DNA of 64,000 nucleotides, taken from Daphnia carinata. Its lineage: Eukaryota. Shown here piece after piece: positions 37,531 to 52,082 of the stretch (the stretch's first letter is position 1; each line of letters begins with the position of its first letter). Both the position numbers and the translations under genes were made by a program. The notes under the pieces were generated by a model, which did no database searches, was not told the DNA's origin, and worked only from the letters and a program-made list of their open reading frames with translations. The stretch spans positions 10,912,001 to 10,976,000 of the forward strand of contig NC_081331.1 in NCBI RefSeq assembly GCF_022539665.2, written 5' to 3'.

Positions 37531-40500
37531 TTGACGGTCTTCCACTATTAGCCGCTAGATGTCATGCACTCTCGTTTTTTTTTTTTTGCCTTTTTCGTCC
37601 CAATTTTTCCCCTTCGTTTCTCTTTATGGGTAGACAGCAAAATTTCTGTTTTCTTACAATCTTTTCTCGTCTTTCCTTTTTTTTATTGAGTAACAATGTG
37701 TACACAACGCATTCCTTTGCCCAAACATGTCGACTAACTAAAACGACGACTCGATTCCCATACCCCCCTTCGGGTGGTTGTATAACGCCGCTTATCAATT
37801 CCACAATAGAAAGAAAAAAACAATAAACCGAAACTAAGAGAAAATTCACAAGTTTTTGTTTCACTGCGACACAATTAAAGTAAACAAGTTGCCCCAAAAT
37901 CTATTTGAATAAAAACAGAGCCACGCAATTCAATTTACATTTCAACGAGAAGATAATGATGATTGACCGAACCCATTCTACTAGTCCCTGTCATCATCAT
38001 CAAAGAACTGATTTTGAGCGTAGACAAGCAAGAATTTAAAGTAAGAAATAAATAAATAAAGAAAGAAAGAAAAAGAAATTAAAATGAGAACGATGAAAAT
38101 TCTGTTGAATGTTTGGTTTTCCACCTGTCGAGAATGTAACACATTGACCTGATGAGGCTCAACCTGAAAGGGAAATCAGGCAGAAAAGGAGAAGAAGAAG
38201 AAGAAGAAGAAGATAAAAAGAACTCAACGGTGGGAAGAGGGAGAGAAGAATAAAGAGACAAGAGACCCAAAGAAGGAGGAAACCTGTCGATAAAGATCGT
38301 CCAAGAAAAGGGCAAGAATGTCGAGAGCTTCTTCTTTAATGTCCCCTCCATCCTAGTGTGTCCCTCGTCCTCGAAGACAAAAACCTGTCAGCAAATATCC
38401 ACAAGGAAGAAGAAAAGAGCTCCCTCCCTACTCCTCCTCCGTCCGATCGATAACATCTATTGACAGACTTATTTGACGACGTATAGAATGTTAAATTATC
38501 ATCTCGTCCCTTCTATTCTCTCTTTCTGGCTTGTCTCTGCGATGACGGCCATCAGAAGCAGTTTCTCTAGCTCGAATTTAAATATTGCCCAACTGGAAAA
38601 CAAAAATAAATATCGACACTGGACGGGCAGGCTTATGCATTGCGGCACTCAGTGCTACACATTAAAACACATCACTAACGTCTATTAAGAGCAGGTACAA
38701 TGCGACATACCTATGGCGGTAAGAATGTCTAATTCTATTTGTTTTTGTTGTTTTTTATTCCCCAAATAGTTTTTTTTATCGGACATTTTCCTTTTAGGAA
38801 AAAGGATTTTACTCGATTCGAAATTAATGCACGATCCAACGCGGAAAAAAAAAGGAAAAAAATTCAACGGAGTAGAGAAAAATCACAAGGTCACGCGCAG
38901 TACATTTATAGATAAATGTAGCAAACGAAATAGCCGGGGACACACACTCACAGACTCCCGAAAAAAACGAACGGTCAGACGACAAAGAAAAAAGAAAGGA
39001 AGAGAACTAAAACGAAGGGGAAATATTTGGTCTGGAAAAATAAAAAACAATAACATGACTTTGCTTTTAGTGACCGCTGAAAGGGGCCATCCTTCTCTCA
39101 AAAAAAAAACCCCAAACAACTCCAACAAATAAAAATGAAAGAAAAACATCCAACCGGAATAAATACTCTGGACACACACAGCAAAAAGAGGGAGAGAGAG
39201 AAAAGACTCGATATGATCGATAACCTTCAGGCATCAGGGACAACATTGCCACGAAAATGTTTTTAATGAGAAGCTATTCTTCGTTCAATGGCAAACGTGA
39301 GCGGGTTGCATTTGAAGATTTAAAACACACAAAAAAAAAACGTAACGAACGAAAATAAAGGGAGAGGTACGCGGACAGTGAACGTTAAACAACAAAACAT
39401 TCGATAAACACCTGTGTCTAATTACTATAATGATGATGACAGCTTGAAGACAAGCTAATGGCTGGCAGTTCACGTCTTGCTTAACAGAATTGCTATACAA
39501 TCAATGCGTCGATGAAATACAAATCCATTACTCGGCTGTGTGTGAATGTTTAGTGTACGATTGGCTAAAGGTTCTACATTATTTTCCGAAAATTTAGATC
39601 TATCATCATTTATTTTTGTTTTTGATTGATCGAAGCCATAGGTCAGCTGAGTCGCATAGAGATGCATCATCATTACCATCTGGAGTGTCGGAAGATCGGG
39701 TTTTCAATAAAAATAAATGAAACAACCGATGAGGCTCTACCCGATGGCGTGGATAATTGAACGATTGACGCGTCAACGGAACAGAAATGCCCTTTCACTA
39801 GTCACGATCTCTCTTAAAATTTAAACTAAATTTAGAAGAAAAAATTGTAATAAAATTAATTTTTTTTTCTTCTTCAAGGTTAAGGAAAGCCATAAAAATG
39901 TTTGATAACTAGAGAAGACAATTCCATCAGAGAGCAGCGAGAAAATGACTCGAAATTGGTGTGCTGTGCCTCTCTCTACTATGTAATCATGGCCAAGAAG
40001 GCGGTGAAGGAAGGCCATTCTATTCGAAAAAATAAAAACGAACGCATCCGCAAGAAAAAAACAACTCCCCTCTTGAAGTCAAGGAAAGGAAACATTATAC
40101 GTAGTCTATGTACACTCTGTAAGCACATATGCCTTTTTCTATATAGATAATACGGAGAGAACGTTCAACAACCCAACAACACACGCAAGTGAAAAAAAAA
40201 AAGAAAAATCGGGTAGAGGGGAGAAAATAAAACGCCGGGCCGCCCAACCGTCGAAAAGTATAGGTCTGTTTTTTTTGTTTTTTTTTGTTCTTGCTCTTTT
40301 CATATGTAGAGACGATGGGACTTTAAATACAGGGTACGAAAACAGCGACGTTTCATTCAGCATTAAAAAAAAAAAAAAGACAGAGGCATTGTAATAGCAC
40401 GGGAAATATATACATAAAAAAAAAAAGAGTACGTTGTTGATGTAGTTCCCACCATTTCCTCCTTTTCTTGCGTACCTATACGCAAAGAATTGGAAAAGCT

Positions 40501-42606
40501 AAAGAAAAAAGGTACTACGAAATGGGGCCTAATAACAGGGCACGCACACACGCACTCCGTTCAAATTTCGTCCGGGCAACGGGTATTAAACTTAAACAAA
40601 AATAAAAATGAGAACAAAAATAAGATCTATTTTGTAACAAAAAAAAAAAAAAATCGCACCTGACGTAGTCCCCCCAGATCGTCAGAATGACTCACGCAAA
40701 CGGACGTCACATATTCAATGCGGTAGCCGTGATGAATAACGATCGTCTCTTTTTCCGCCTTTTTTTTTTTTTAAGGTTCGTTATTTCCTCCCACCAAAAA
40801 GAAAAAAAAAAAAAAAAGAGAAACGACAAAAATTGTAAAGTGAAATGCGCTGCCAGACGTGTATATTATCCCCTCCTACTCGATAGGATTGTCGCCACTG
40901 CGCTGTCGCCGCCGCGCCGCCACACGCAAGAAAGAAAAAAACCGCCGCCGCTCAACTACCAAACAAAAAGGAAAAAAAAAAAAAAAAAAAAAAAGTAGTT
41001 TTGATTACACCGTCGCGACCGTGACAACAACTATCTCTCCTTCCTTCCTCATATAGTGCTGCTGGGTCTCCCCCAAAAATACCCACCCCTCGTTTTTTTT
41101 TTTCCTTATCTGTCCCTTTTTTCTAATTTTCTTTTTAAAAAAAGGGACGAAAAAAAAAAAAAAAAAAAAGTCAGACTGCATAAAGTGGATTTTAATTTAC
41201 CAACACACACAGAGTAAAGAATACGACAATTTCGGGTTGGAGGGAAAAGAATTCAATTCCGGCGACGTTAGCAAACCCCCCCCCATCCGATTGCTGTACG
41301 ACTTTGGTGCCATCGTTTTAAATCAGGGGGTCTCTGTCCCTACTGTTTTTTTTTTCTTTTCTCTTTAAAAATTAAAAAAAAAGCAAAGTCTTAAATCTGT
41401 CTATAATAAAACAAGGATATATTAGAAGGAAAGGCTCTTCTATCTCTCCATAGGGAGAAAGAGAGAAAACAGAGACAGACAGAAATGTCTTCTAACCGAG
41501 ACATAGAGACACACACACAAAAAAAATAGACTAGACTAGTCAGTATAGTGATATTATAGTCTATAAGAAACGTACAGAAAAAAAAAAAAGATGTGGTGGC
41601 GACAGTTGACCTTTTTTTTTTTTTTCTGGAACATCCTCCACCCCCCGTAGATTTCCTTGTTTTCTATGGAGCCCATACAGTTTGAAGGGTGGTCAATCCC
41701 TCCTTCTATATATGCATAGTCTAATTTCTATCGGATCTCCAAAAAAAAAAAAAAAAAAAAAAAAACTCTTCTGTTAGTCTACATGGACAGAGAGAACAAT
41801 ATCCGCCTGATAGATGATGGGCTTATCAATTTCTAATGGCCGACTATATGGGTGTAGGCGCCACACTGGCAAACGCAATATCTCTTGTATATATTCCCCA
41901 GTCACAGGTTTTGCTTTTCTTTGGCCGATGACTCGACGCAGTTCGCCCCCTCCTTTGACATTTGATCTGCTTTTCAGTTATAATCCTTTTGCCTATTACT
42001 TTACATTGTAACCTAACCTGGCTACTATGTAAGCCGCTTAGACACGTATACGTGTGTGTGTGTGTGTCTATTATTACAAGTCTTATTTGAAAAATAAAGA
42101 ACCTTGTAACCAAAACGAAAATGAATCGTTTTCAAAAACATATTCAACTGAATGTCCCAGAAAAATTCAAAGTTCAAGTGCTGCGAACGAGTAAAAATAG
42201 AAGATAATAAAAAAAAAAACAAGGATTTAAAAAAAGAAAACGATAGTAGGGCGTGATGAACTTTAAAGGCACTTGGATATTCAAGTCTCGCGCGCTGCCG
42301 GAGTGCAGCAATTAGGCGAAAAAAGGAAGAAGGCGAGAGAGAGTTAAACAAAAACAAAAGCCGTCTACATCACCTCTTTGTTTTTCGTTTCTATTTAACG
42401 TTGAGAAAAAAATATATATATAATGTTGGTTTGGTTGATTGCACGGCAAAGAGATAAGAGACAACACGATTCAGGAAAGAAGAAAAAAGAAAAGGAGAGC
42501 CAACCGGTAAGAGCTTCCCTTCTTTTAAATCCATTTTCTGTTGGTGTGTCTATAAGTATATACTGGATATATCAGCTTCATTTTTTTTTTTTTTTAGGGC
42601 GAGACA

Positions 42607-42637
<31 letters not shown>

Positions 42638-45600
42638 TTTTTTTTTTTTTGTTTTCCTTATTCAAAATGAGTCGCCGCCGCCGTCACACATCAGCCAAAT
42701 GGTGAAAACATCGAAACACTTTTAACTCGCATCAACCGGCTGGGGCCATCTCAGCGCCTCAGCCACATCAAAGCAGATGGGCCTTCTCTTGTCTTGTCTT
42801 TATATATTTCTGTGTGTTTAGAATCGTCGTATAGGATGCGTGTGTGTATAATAAAGTGAATGATTTCTAACCGAGAAGCGACCCACTCTTGTCCCCTATC
42901 TTTGCTTCTTAAGGGTACATCTAGAAATAATTTATGAAAAATAGGGGGGAAAAATTGAAAATCCTGTCCCTCCTTTCAGCCCGTATCAGTTGGACTGATC
43001 GCTATACGCACTCGCCGCCATCATCATCGTCCAGCCCAAAACTCTGGAATTCCTCATAAAAACAAGAGGAAGAAAAAAACAAAAAACACGACCATTATTT
43101 TATTTATTTAAAGAAAATAGAAAAATAAATAGATTATTGATTCCTTGTTTTTTCTTTATGTTTCCCCCTTTTTCCTCGTCATCCTTGAAGCTTTATACTG
43201 GTTTTTATACATGTATAACAATCGAGTGTGTTGAAGGTTCGTATCGACGGGCGGTTTCGAATTTTGAATATCGAAATTGTTTCGAAGAGATTCTTTTTTT
43301 TTTTTTTCTATTACAAAAAAGGAGTTACGTGGCCAGCAGGAGCCGAACACACAGCAGCTGTCTTATGCACCCAAGACCGGCTTTTTGTGTGTGTGTGTGT
43401 GTTTCCCTTATGTTTGATGGAGAGAGGGGGGGGGGAGCGCTCTATATAGTGGTTCTATTAGTCAGCGGGTGGCTTTCAAAAAAAAAAAAAAAAAAAAAAA
43501 AAAGAAGCCAAAAGAAGAAGAAGAACCTGTCGATGATTCCGGATGACCGAAATGATGGGTTCATGGCTTTAACTTTACTTGGAAAACAGATACAGAGAGG
43601 CAACCTTTTCTTGAAACCTTTTTAGCCCGAGTTTTTGTGTACACAAGGGGACAAAGACTAATTCAAATGAGGGCTTTCTTCTTTATTTGTACGGTGAGAT
43701 ACAAGTGTGTACGTATTTGAAGCAAGTCGGTTTTGGGTGGCGTCATTAAAGCGAACCTACAAAGTGCATCAGCATTTGCTGTCTCACTTTATCTCAAACG
43801 TAAAACCCGATTTCCTTTTAATGTTATTTTCTTTTCCCTTGTTTTTTTTTTTTTTTTTTTTTTTTAATTTCCATTTTCGTGTGTGTGTAATTCTCAGCGG
43901 TTTTTGCGCAATTTCCTACATTTTTTCTTTGATGCTTTTTAAGAGCGCAACTCGCCCGGCGGTCCGTGTACGGGACCGTTCGTTTCTTTATACGACTTGA
44001 ATGTATGTTTTTTTTTATTATTTCTAATATCTCATCGTATCGTTCGCAAGAGTGGGAATGTTACGACAACAAACCATCCGGTTCCAATAAAATAATAATA
44101 ATAATAAAAAAAAAATAAGAAGCGCGGATTTTTCTTTTTTCATTATCAATCAAAATACTAAATATAAAAAAAAAGATAGTCCAAAACTAGGAAAAGGAAG
44201 AGAAAAGAATATAAAAAAATGTTTTTTTTTTTTATCCATGGCGACTCGGTTGTTTTTTTTTTTTTAATGGAGATGCCTTTATTTTTTTATTAGCACTTGT
44301 TGCGTGTGTGTAAATATAAAAGAACTGTCTACACAACAATAACAAGGCGCAAAGGATAAAAAAAAAAAAAAAGTAGAAAGCTATTTATATAAGTATAAAT
44401 AAAAGAGTACAACAACAATAAGAAGGAAAAAAAAAGACATCCTTATTATTCCCATTATACCATCATTTCAGATTTCTTTCACGACTTTATACTCTTTTCT
44501 CTACATTTTTATCGAGTTTCTAAGGAAATACGGTGTTTAACGACGCCGTGAGTTCGAGGAAAAAGGAACCAAATTGGACGCCAGAGGGCGGATCTATTTG
44601 TAATCCTTTGGCAATCAACCGATTCCGCCGCTGAAATAGTTGATGAAAAAACAAACGCCTATTTGTACATACATTGCACCTTTCTTCAAATTTCCTGTTT
44701 GTCTTCGTTACAGCACGGCGCCTTTCGCCTATCAAAATCGCATTAAACGAGAAAGCCCAAGGGCAAGAAGGGTACACATATTCAATGTCATCTCTCCGAT
44801 GTGCGTACGAGTAATCAGACAATCATTGTTCACGCAAAAAAAAAAAACGGAAGAAATTCATTAGACACAGTCGGATGACTCGTTGAAATGCCGCCTTTCT
44901 TTTTAGACATATCTACGCAGTGTTCTATTACGTCTATATACACCGCTACCGCAAAAGAAGAATGAAAATTGAGAGGAAGAAACGAATACCATTTCCTTCT
45001 ATGTGTTTGTTTTTGTTATTTGATTTGACTGGAATTGTTTTGTTGTATTAAAAAAAAAAAAAAAAATGGGGGAAAAAAAAAAAAAAGAAATTCCCGACTG
45101 TCAAATTGACGTGCCTTAAGGCACGGGTCGCCCACCAGTCGCACACACACACACGCAACAAAATTCAAATAAAACATTTTTGAAAAAAAAAAAAAAAAAT
45201 AGACGGACACAAAGTATACAAGAGAGATGCTGCTCATAATATAAGTTAACCAGTAGCGTGTTTACCTTCACATTCTACGGGCCGATTTTTTTTCTTTCTT
45301 CTAAACTATTCTTTCATTTCTTTTGCCTATTTTTTGAAAAACAGACAGGAGAAAAAAAAAAAATTGTGCGTCTACAGTTCATAATGTGTCCCCTATTTTT
45401 TCTTTGTAGAAGGGACAGCATTATGGTATGCGCAAGGGTATGTAGGTGAGTTGTTACGTTTAAAAAAAAAAAAAAAAAAGAAAAACGGGAGAGAAAACGA
45501 AAATAAACGAGCCGGATCGAATCGGAACGCTGGGGCACGCGCGTTGATTGAAATATTATAAAAGAAAGAAAGAAAATCAGGGACTTTGGTTGTTGACTTG

Positions 45601-47407
45601 GATAACCTCATTTAAAATAGTGCCGCAATAACCGCCTTTCCCACATCCGAACAAACGAAAAACCTTGGTGCTCCAGTGATTTATTCCAATGGAATAGAGT
45701 GCTTGTTTTTTGTTTTACTTTTCCTTTTAAAGAGATTCAATTCGCTGTGTTTCGAAATGTTGTAGACAAAGAGTCAAACGCCAAATTCTATTGCGCTTGA
45801 TAAAGAAACAAACAAAAGAAAAAGATAATGACATCGTCTCACAGTGATTGCGCTTTGTTCTCGGTCCGTCACTGCGCCAGCCATATGTGACAGTGACATT
45901 TATCAATCAAACGAATATAAAATATTAAAAAAAACAACAAACTTTATTTTTTTTTTTTTTAGGTGGCCAGTTGACGTCAAATTTCAATCAAATAGACCGC
46001 GATTTTTTAAAATCCCGCGTTTGTAATTTGAACTGCCTTTTATGGGTGTGTTACCGCCCGTGAATCCGATACATTTTTCACGACTTGAAATGGCTCAGTG
46101 AAACAAAGGCAAACAAACAAAAAAATGAGATGAAAGCTATTCAGAAAAAAAAAGGGCGGCTGTCAAATTTGGATGACAGCGGACGACGTAACACATTGTG
46201 TGTACTGAACAACAGGTAGTTTGCCCTTAAAAACAAAAAAAAATTGAACTATGCCCTTATAAGAGCACAAAGAGCTCCATCAAATTCGGGAGGGGTCATT
46301 ACTTAAAAAGCCAAACGAAAAAGGAAAAATTGAAAATGAGACGGATGTCTTTCCCTCCATTAATTCAACTGAATAAAATTTCTATTAGCACACACGTATA
46401 AAACCAGTCAAAAGAGACGACGAATAGCAATCGCATCAAGAGCATTTCTAACGAAGGGTAATACGAACGCACGTCTAATTGTTCTCCGAATTAAAAACAA
46501 AACAAGTTTACTCAAATATAAAAAAAGGAGGCAGACTATAAAATAAATATTTAAAAAAATGAGTCGCCGACTTTGATGTGTCTTTCATTTGTCTAGTCGT
46601 CTGTTGTCTCCCCATTTATTTATTTATTTTTTAACTCGTATTTATAGCCATTGTAGAAGACGAAAGATACATTTCTTCTTCTTGTCTTTGTTTTAACCCA
46701 AAAATCATGCTCCCCCCCCCCCCTTCTCATTTAAAGACACACAAAATACGGTAGGAAAAAAAGAAAATACACATTGAAACAAGAGTCCTAAAAAAAGAAC
46801 CCCACAAAAAGGAATGAAGCCGAAGGCTTCATTTATTATCGTTAAAAGGGCGAGCGGGACTCGGAAAGAGGAGAGTATAGCTCTCTCTCTTTAAAAAGTC
46901 TGCGATATCTTTTTTTTTTTTTTAAATATATTTTTCGCTGTGGCGCCAGTAAAAGGAGCAAAATGCAGCAGCTCCGGAGACAGAAAAGAGTACCAGGTGT
47001 AGAAGAAAAGAGGAGTCTGGAGGGGCCCCCAAACACGAACGATAGAGCCACAGACGACAGAGAAAAGAGATAGAGACGGGCAGCAAAAGAAAAGAAAGGG
47101 CCAGCCCCCACTAATTACACTCAGGGTCCCCCGGACAAGACAGTCGGCGCCAGTGCTGTAAGTTGTATGTTCTGTACTATACAGCATAGGATAGTAGCAG
47201 TACCCCCGGTCTATACACCGCCGCTGAACCACACAGGCAAAAAAAAAACATTTTTTCTTGAGTTCCTGATTGGTCTGGCACTCGTAAAAAAATAAAAAAA
47301 AAGGAAATAAAAAAAAAAAAAAAAAAGGCCCCCACAGTTGAGTGGTTGCGTCCGCCCCTCTCTCTCCTTGTGCCCCTTATCGGAGAGAGACAGAGAAAAG
47401 AGCCCCC

Positions 47408-47438
<31 letters not shown>

Positions 47439-48035
47439 TACTGGCGGCTGGCTCCGACCTGCCGCCGCCGCCGCTCTCTCTCCTTGTATACTGTCTCCGT
47501 CTGCCTGTAGCCCGTTTAAAAGCGGCTGCTATTGGACCAATGTTTTTTCGTTCTTTGGCCTGCGTGTGTGTGTATATACATAGTGGATGTGTATATACAC
47601 GTATTCTTCCTTTCTCCGGGTGTATACTCTCTATTACCCCCTGCTGTCTGTTGTGGCTCATTCTTCTTCTTCTTGTTAGTTTTTCCTCTCCTCCTCTTTA
47701 GATCTAAAAAACCACCCCGTTCGAACCCCCCCTCCTCCTCCACCACCCACTAGGCTACAATAGAAATACATCGGTGGAACCCGCACCAGACTTCAGTTGA
47801 CATCCGTCCTTTGGACTGAACAGACGTTGGTGTTTAGCACTTTTTCTTAAGACATTTTTTTTTCTATCCCTCCCCCGGATCGAGTTCCGTGTGTGTTTGC
47901 ATTCTTTAACGGATTCGTTTATATACCGTCTTGGATTAAATCATCGCGCAGCTAACAAAAAAAAAAAAGTGTTGTGTGCTTTTGTTTTACGTGCCCTGAA
48001 ACAAAAACAGAAAGAAAAAAGAAAAAAAAAAAAGA

Positions 48036-51000
48036 ATGTCGGCCGTGTTGTTGTTGTTGATCGTGGCCGCCGTTTGCGATTCAGCCGTTATCGATAGCGA
48101 CAGTCCGTCGCCGGCCAGACAACGACTCGTTTCATCACAAGCCATCGAATCCGATTATTCATCAGAAATGTACTCGCAAAAGAGGCCGATGGAAACGATC
48201 GACGATCTGATGAACGCCCTGGCCCAAGTCACCAAATCCAAAGGTAAATAACAAATTAGAAGATAAAGACACACACAGGTAATCTGCGTGTTAAGACGAC
48301 GCAGCTACCGTTGGCATTTGTTACGATCCCGACGCTCTATTTCCAGCCATATTTTTTTTTTTATCAGTACGTCGTGTGTTTCGCCCCAGCTATTTGTTAT
48401 CTTTGCCTGTCCCTAACGTGTGTGTGTCTGTGTGATTGTATATAAGAAAAAGAGAGAGAGAAGTAACACACGGCGGGGTGCGGTGGCGACAATGTGTCGC
48501 CCAGATGTCTCTTATTCAACAAGTCAACTATGTACATGTCTCTCTCTCTCTCTCTTTCTCTCTCTTTCTGAGTTTGTGCAATTCGACACTAACGTCAGAC
48601 TAACGCGCACAGACACACAGTTGGAATAACAGACATCCTCGAGCTCTCGACACCTCCTTTTTCTGTGTGTGTGTGTGTGTGTGTTTTTAAGGGGGAAAAT
48701 TGTTTTGGGGAAGATAACGCATTAAAATAAAATTCCCTTATTTTTTCCGTTCGTTGTCTAGACGAGCTGAGGTGTCACTGCAATCTGCCCGTCTGCGTCA
48801 CCACGGGATACATGTGCAAGTCGGCCATGGGAACGTGTTTCTCCGAGATTGTCGACCGCACCGATCTGTCGAGATCACGACACGGCTGCCTCGAACTCTT
48901 GAGCAGGTAAAAAAATTTAAATATTTTTCTAATTTTCACGGCAATATTTTAATAGCTCTAATTTAATTCCTTTTTTTTTAGCGATCACCAAGTGTGTCAT
49001 AGCAGTCAATCTCACAACAATGGCCGTCACGCTGCCGGTCATCGGCATCTTCATCCCCAACGACCTCTAGTCCTTTGCTGCCAGGACGATCTGTGCAATT
49101 ACGGAGCCCAGCAGGTCCAGCTACGGCTCGATTCAGCCGTCCAGCCCAACCGCAACGATTCTTCCTCATCTTCCTCAACAGGTGAGTTTTTTTTTCATTT
49201 TTTTTTTTTCATATGCAATTTAAAAAAAAAAAATAAGAAAGAGAAACGGAAGAAAAACTCGGCAATATTGCGAGTACGCAAACCAATTTTCAAACCGATC
49301 GGTTACGCACTTGTCTCCTTTTAGCCGTCGGGCGCGGATGCGGTTACACGGTTTCACGACATCGCTGAACATTTTCTTTAAAGAAAAAAGTTTGAACAAA
49401 CAAAAACTTGTGCGTCCACACACTAAAAGGCGAACAATAGCGAGAAAAATAGAGGTTGTTTTTGTTGTTGTTGGAAGGTAGGAAGGAGAGAAAGAGAGAG
49501 AGAGAGAGAAAAGAGGCCAATTAAAGCCGCCAGGGGGTTTATAGCGCCACGGTTATATGACCAGAATGTTGTGTGTATATAGAAGAAAACAACGACAACA
49601 ACAGCTTGTAAAGAAAAAAAAAAAATGTTTTTAAGGAGGAGAAATGTGACGTAAAAGAAGCGAGTAAATACAAAAACAAACATTTCATTTTCGCTCGGAG
49701 CGCCATCTTTCACAAGGGCGGCGCTTTGTGTTACACGTTTCTTTCTTGTCCGCCATCAAAAAAGCAACGGGCACATTCAACTTCTTTCACATCATCGATG
49801 AGTTTGTCTCTTTTAAGAACAACAATGGGGAAAAGGACCATTTCGTTTGGGACGGATGATATCCCCCCCCCCCCCCCTACAATCTCCAATTTAGCCGTAG
49901 GCCTCTCTACCTTTTAGTATAAATTCAATATACTAGGGATTTCTTCTTCTTCTTCTTCTTCAGACAATAAAAAGAAGAGGATAAAGGTATTCCAGAGAGA
50001 GGATTTTTTTTTTTTTTTTTTTCCAATGGCGTGCTCGCATACCATTTGGGTAAGGAAAAAAGAAAAGCCTATGGAAAGAGATTCTTCTTTGGCTGATTTT
50101 TTTTCTTCCTTCCCACTAAAAATCCAAACAGGTCAATTGATGGTCCAAAGACAAAAGAGAAAATCGGTATATATTTTTTTGTGTGTGTGTTCTTCTTCTT
50201 GTTCGAACTGGGAGGGTTTGCATTTTTTAGCCTCGGGTTAAAACAAAACAACTGAGAAGGCCGAAGATAAAGTCCCACCACTCTTTAAGAGAAGGAGAGG
50301 AAATTTACGAGTCACTGTCGAAACTTGAACCCTCTGGTTAAAAGAAAGAAAGAAACTTGTTAAATACTGAACATGTTTAAGTTTCTTCTTTTTTTTTTAT
50401 TCCAGATATTGGAAATTGCCTTACGAATCGGGAGAAATTGCGATACATTGAATGATTGAAATCGAACGTTGATTTGAGCAACCAAAAATGGGCTTTAAAA
50501 AAAAAAAATAAACTTTTAACTTGAGAAACAACTGGAATGTTGTTTCTCAAACAAACAAGAAATTGAAATAAAAAAAAAACCGCCCGTCGTGTAGGTTTTT
50601 AAGGGGGGGAAATGTCGAACACGGTAGGCCGGCGGGATTTCGAATGATTTTCGTTTGTTGATATTCCCTTTTCTTTTTTTCAATGATGAAGACTTCCCCT
50701 CTTTAACTGAACCGTATAGAATCTAAAAATAAATACGAATAATCAAACACATCGGGACATAGGAAGGGGGGGGGGGAGTTGATTTGCAATGGAAATGGCG
50801 CTCACGGTTATTCTCTTCCAAATCAAAAGACGTTAGTTATTCAGGTCGGGTTACGTGGTCGCCCTCCTCCCCCCCCCTTTCTTCTTCACCAATTCTTTTA
50901 TTTTTTGTTTCCAATTTTGTTAAAAAAAAAAAAAAACGCCGATGTGACCGATGATAACATAGGTAAAAAAAAAAAAGAAAAAGAGTGGGAGGTTCTCCTG

Positions 51001-52082
51001 CGTGTGTACAGGTAGAAAGAAAAAAAAAAAAAAAATTCCCTTTTCAGTTTTGCCTGAAGCGCCGGAGCTTCCAATCACACGAGATGGTAGTGTTTCTTCT
51101 CCCTTATTTTTTTTTCCACGATGCAACTAAGAAAAAAAAAGAGCTCTTTTTTTTTTTTTTTACCTTTTCCTTCTCTCCTCATATAAAATAATGTACCACA
51201 AAAAAAAAAAAAAAACCTTTTTCGTGTTTTTAATACCTTTACCCGAGTTACACCACACCCACTAGGCCTACACTCAGGGAAAACGTCCTTAAAAAAAAAA
51301 AAACGAGTCAGTTCAACATTCCTCTTGACTAGCGACCCTCTATCATTAGAGTGGGCGTTCCAAAAGAGCAAACGAGACCAAAAGGTTTTTGCTTTTTATC
51401 TGAAAAAGGGAAAAACCTTGTAGAAAAAAAAAAAAGCGTTCGGTTATTCTTTTGTTCTTTTATGTCGGTGTCTTGACTTTAAAAAATAAAAACAAGAAAA
51501 TTAACGTGTGATTATTTTTTTGTTTTTCTAGGCGTTCAAGAACCCAGAACGGTCGCCATGGAAACCCGATTGTTTGGAGACGGACAAGCTGTTGGAAATG
51601 GAGGACACGATCTGTGGCTCAAAGCGGCTACTATCGCAGTGCCTATCGCTGGCGGATGCATCCTCGTCTTGCTCGTCTTGTTGGCCATCCGCATGCTGAG
51701 GAGAGACCGTGAAAACAACAACGACGTGCTGATGGGAAACAATTATACGGTTCCTACCAACCGCAACGATTTCCAGATCCGCAGCGTTTGGGGAAAGAGC
51801 CGACAGATCCAGCACCAGCCGGCCTACCACCACGTTCCGCAACAACAACAACAACAACAGCGATCCGGACAGTGGAAGGATTGCCAGCTGTCGATGGCTC
51901 AACAACAATATCGCCAGCATCAACAACACCAGCACCGCCATCATCCACATCAAGTGGCGCCACTATTGCACGCTCCGCACAACATTGTTTACTTACCGAC
52001 CGTGCAAAAAATCATTCCGCCCAAGCGGATGTGGAACAAGAGTTGCATTCTGGCCAAAAATCCAGTCCTTCATCATCTTTAA
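48036..52082 (+). CDS. BAMBI: BMP and activin membrane-bound inhibitor (exons 48036-48243, 48762-48906, 48982-49181, 51532-52082)
   Basis: ELRCHCNLPVCVTTGYMCKS...CFS...HGCLE, CCQDDLCNY and TM LWLKAATIAVPIAGGCILVLLVLLAIRMLR closely match vertebrate BAMBI motifs (CVATGYMCKS, CCHEDMCNY, IAVPIAGGLILVLL). It has a signal peptide and no kinase domain. Confidence 0.94.

Noticed and set aside
46813..46833. 9-bp perfect hairpin AATGAAGCC-GAA-GGCTTCATT
   Set aside because: Isolated and short, expected occasionally by chance, with no supporting context.
47138..47151. BMP-response element AGAC-N-GGCGCC upstream of BAMBI
   Set aside because: The spacer is 4 nt, not the 5 nt required by the Mad/Medea composite consensus.
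37600..48000. Dozens of short Lys/Phe-rich ORFs in the intergenic region
   Set aside because: Products of poly-A/T tracts and microsatellites, with no splice-consistent coding structure.
50521..50550. 12-bp perfect hairpin in BAMBI intron 3 (possible miRNA)
   Set aside because: The stem is too short for a pre-miRNA and the flanks do not extend the pairing.
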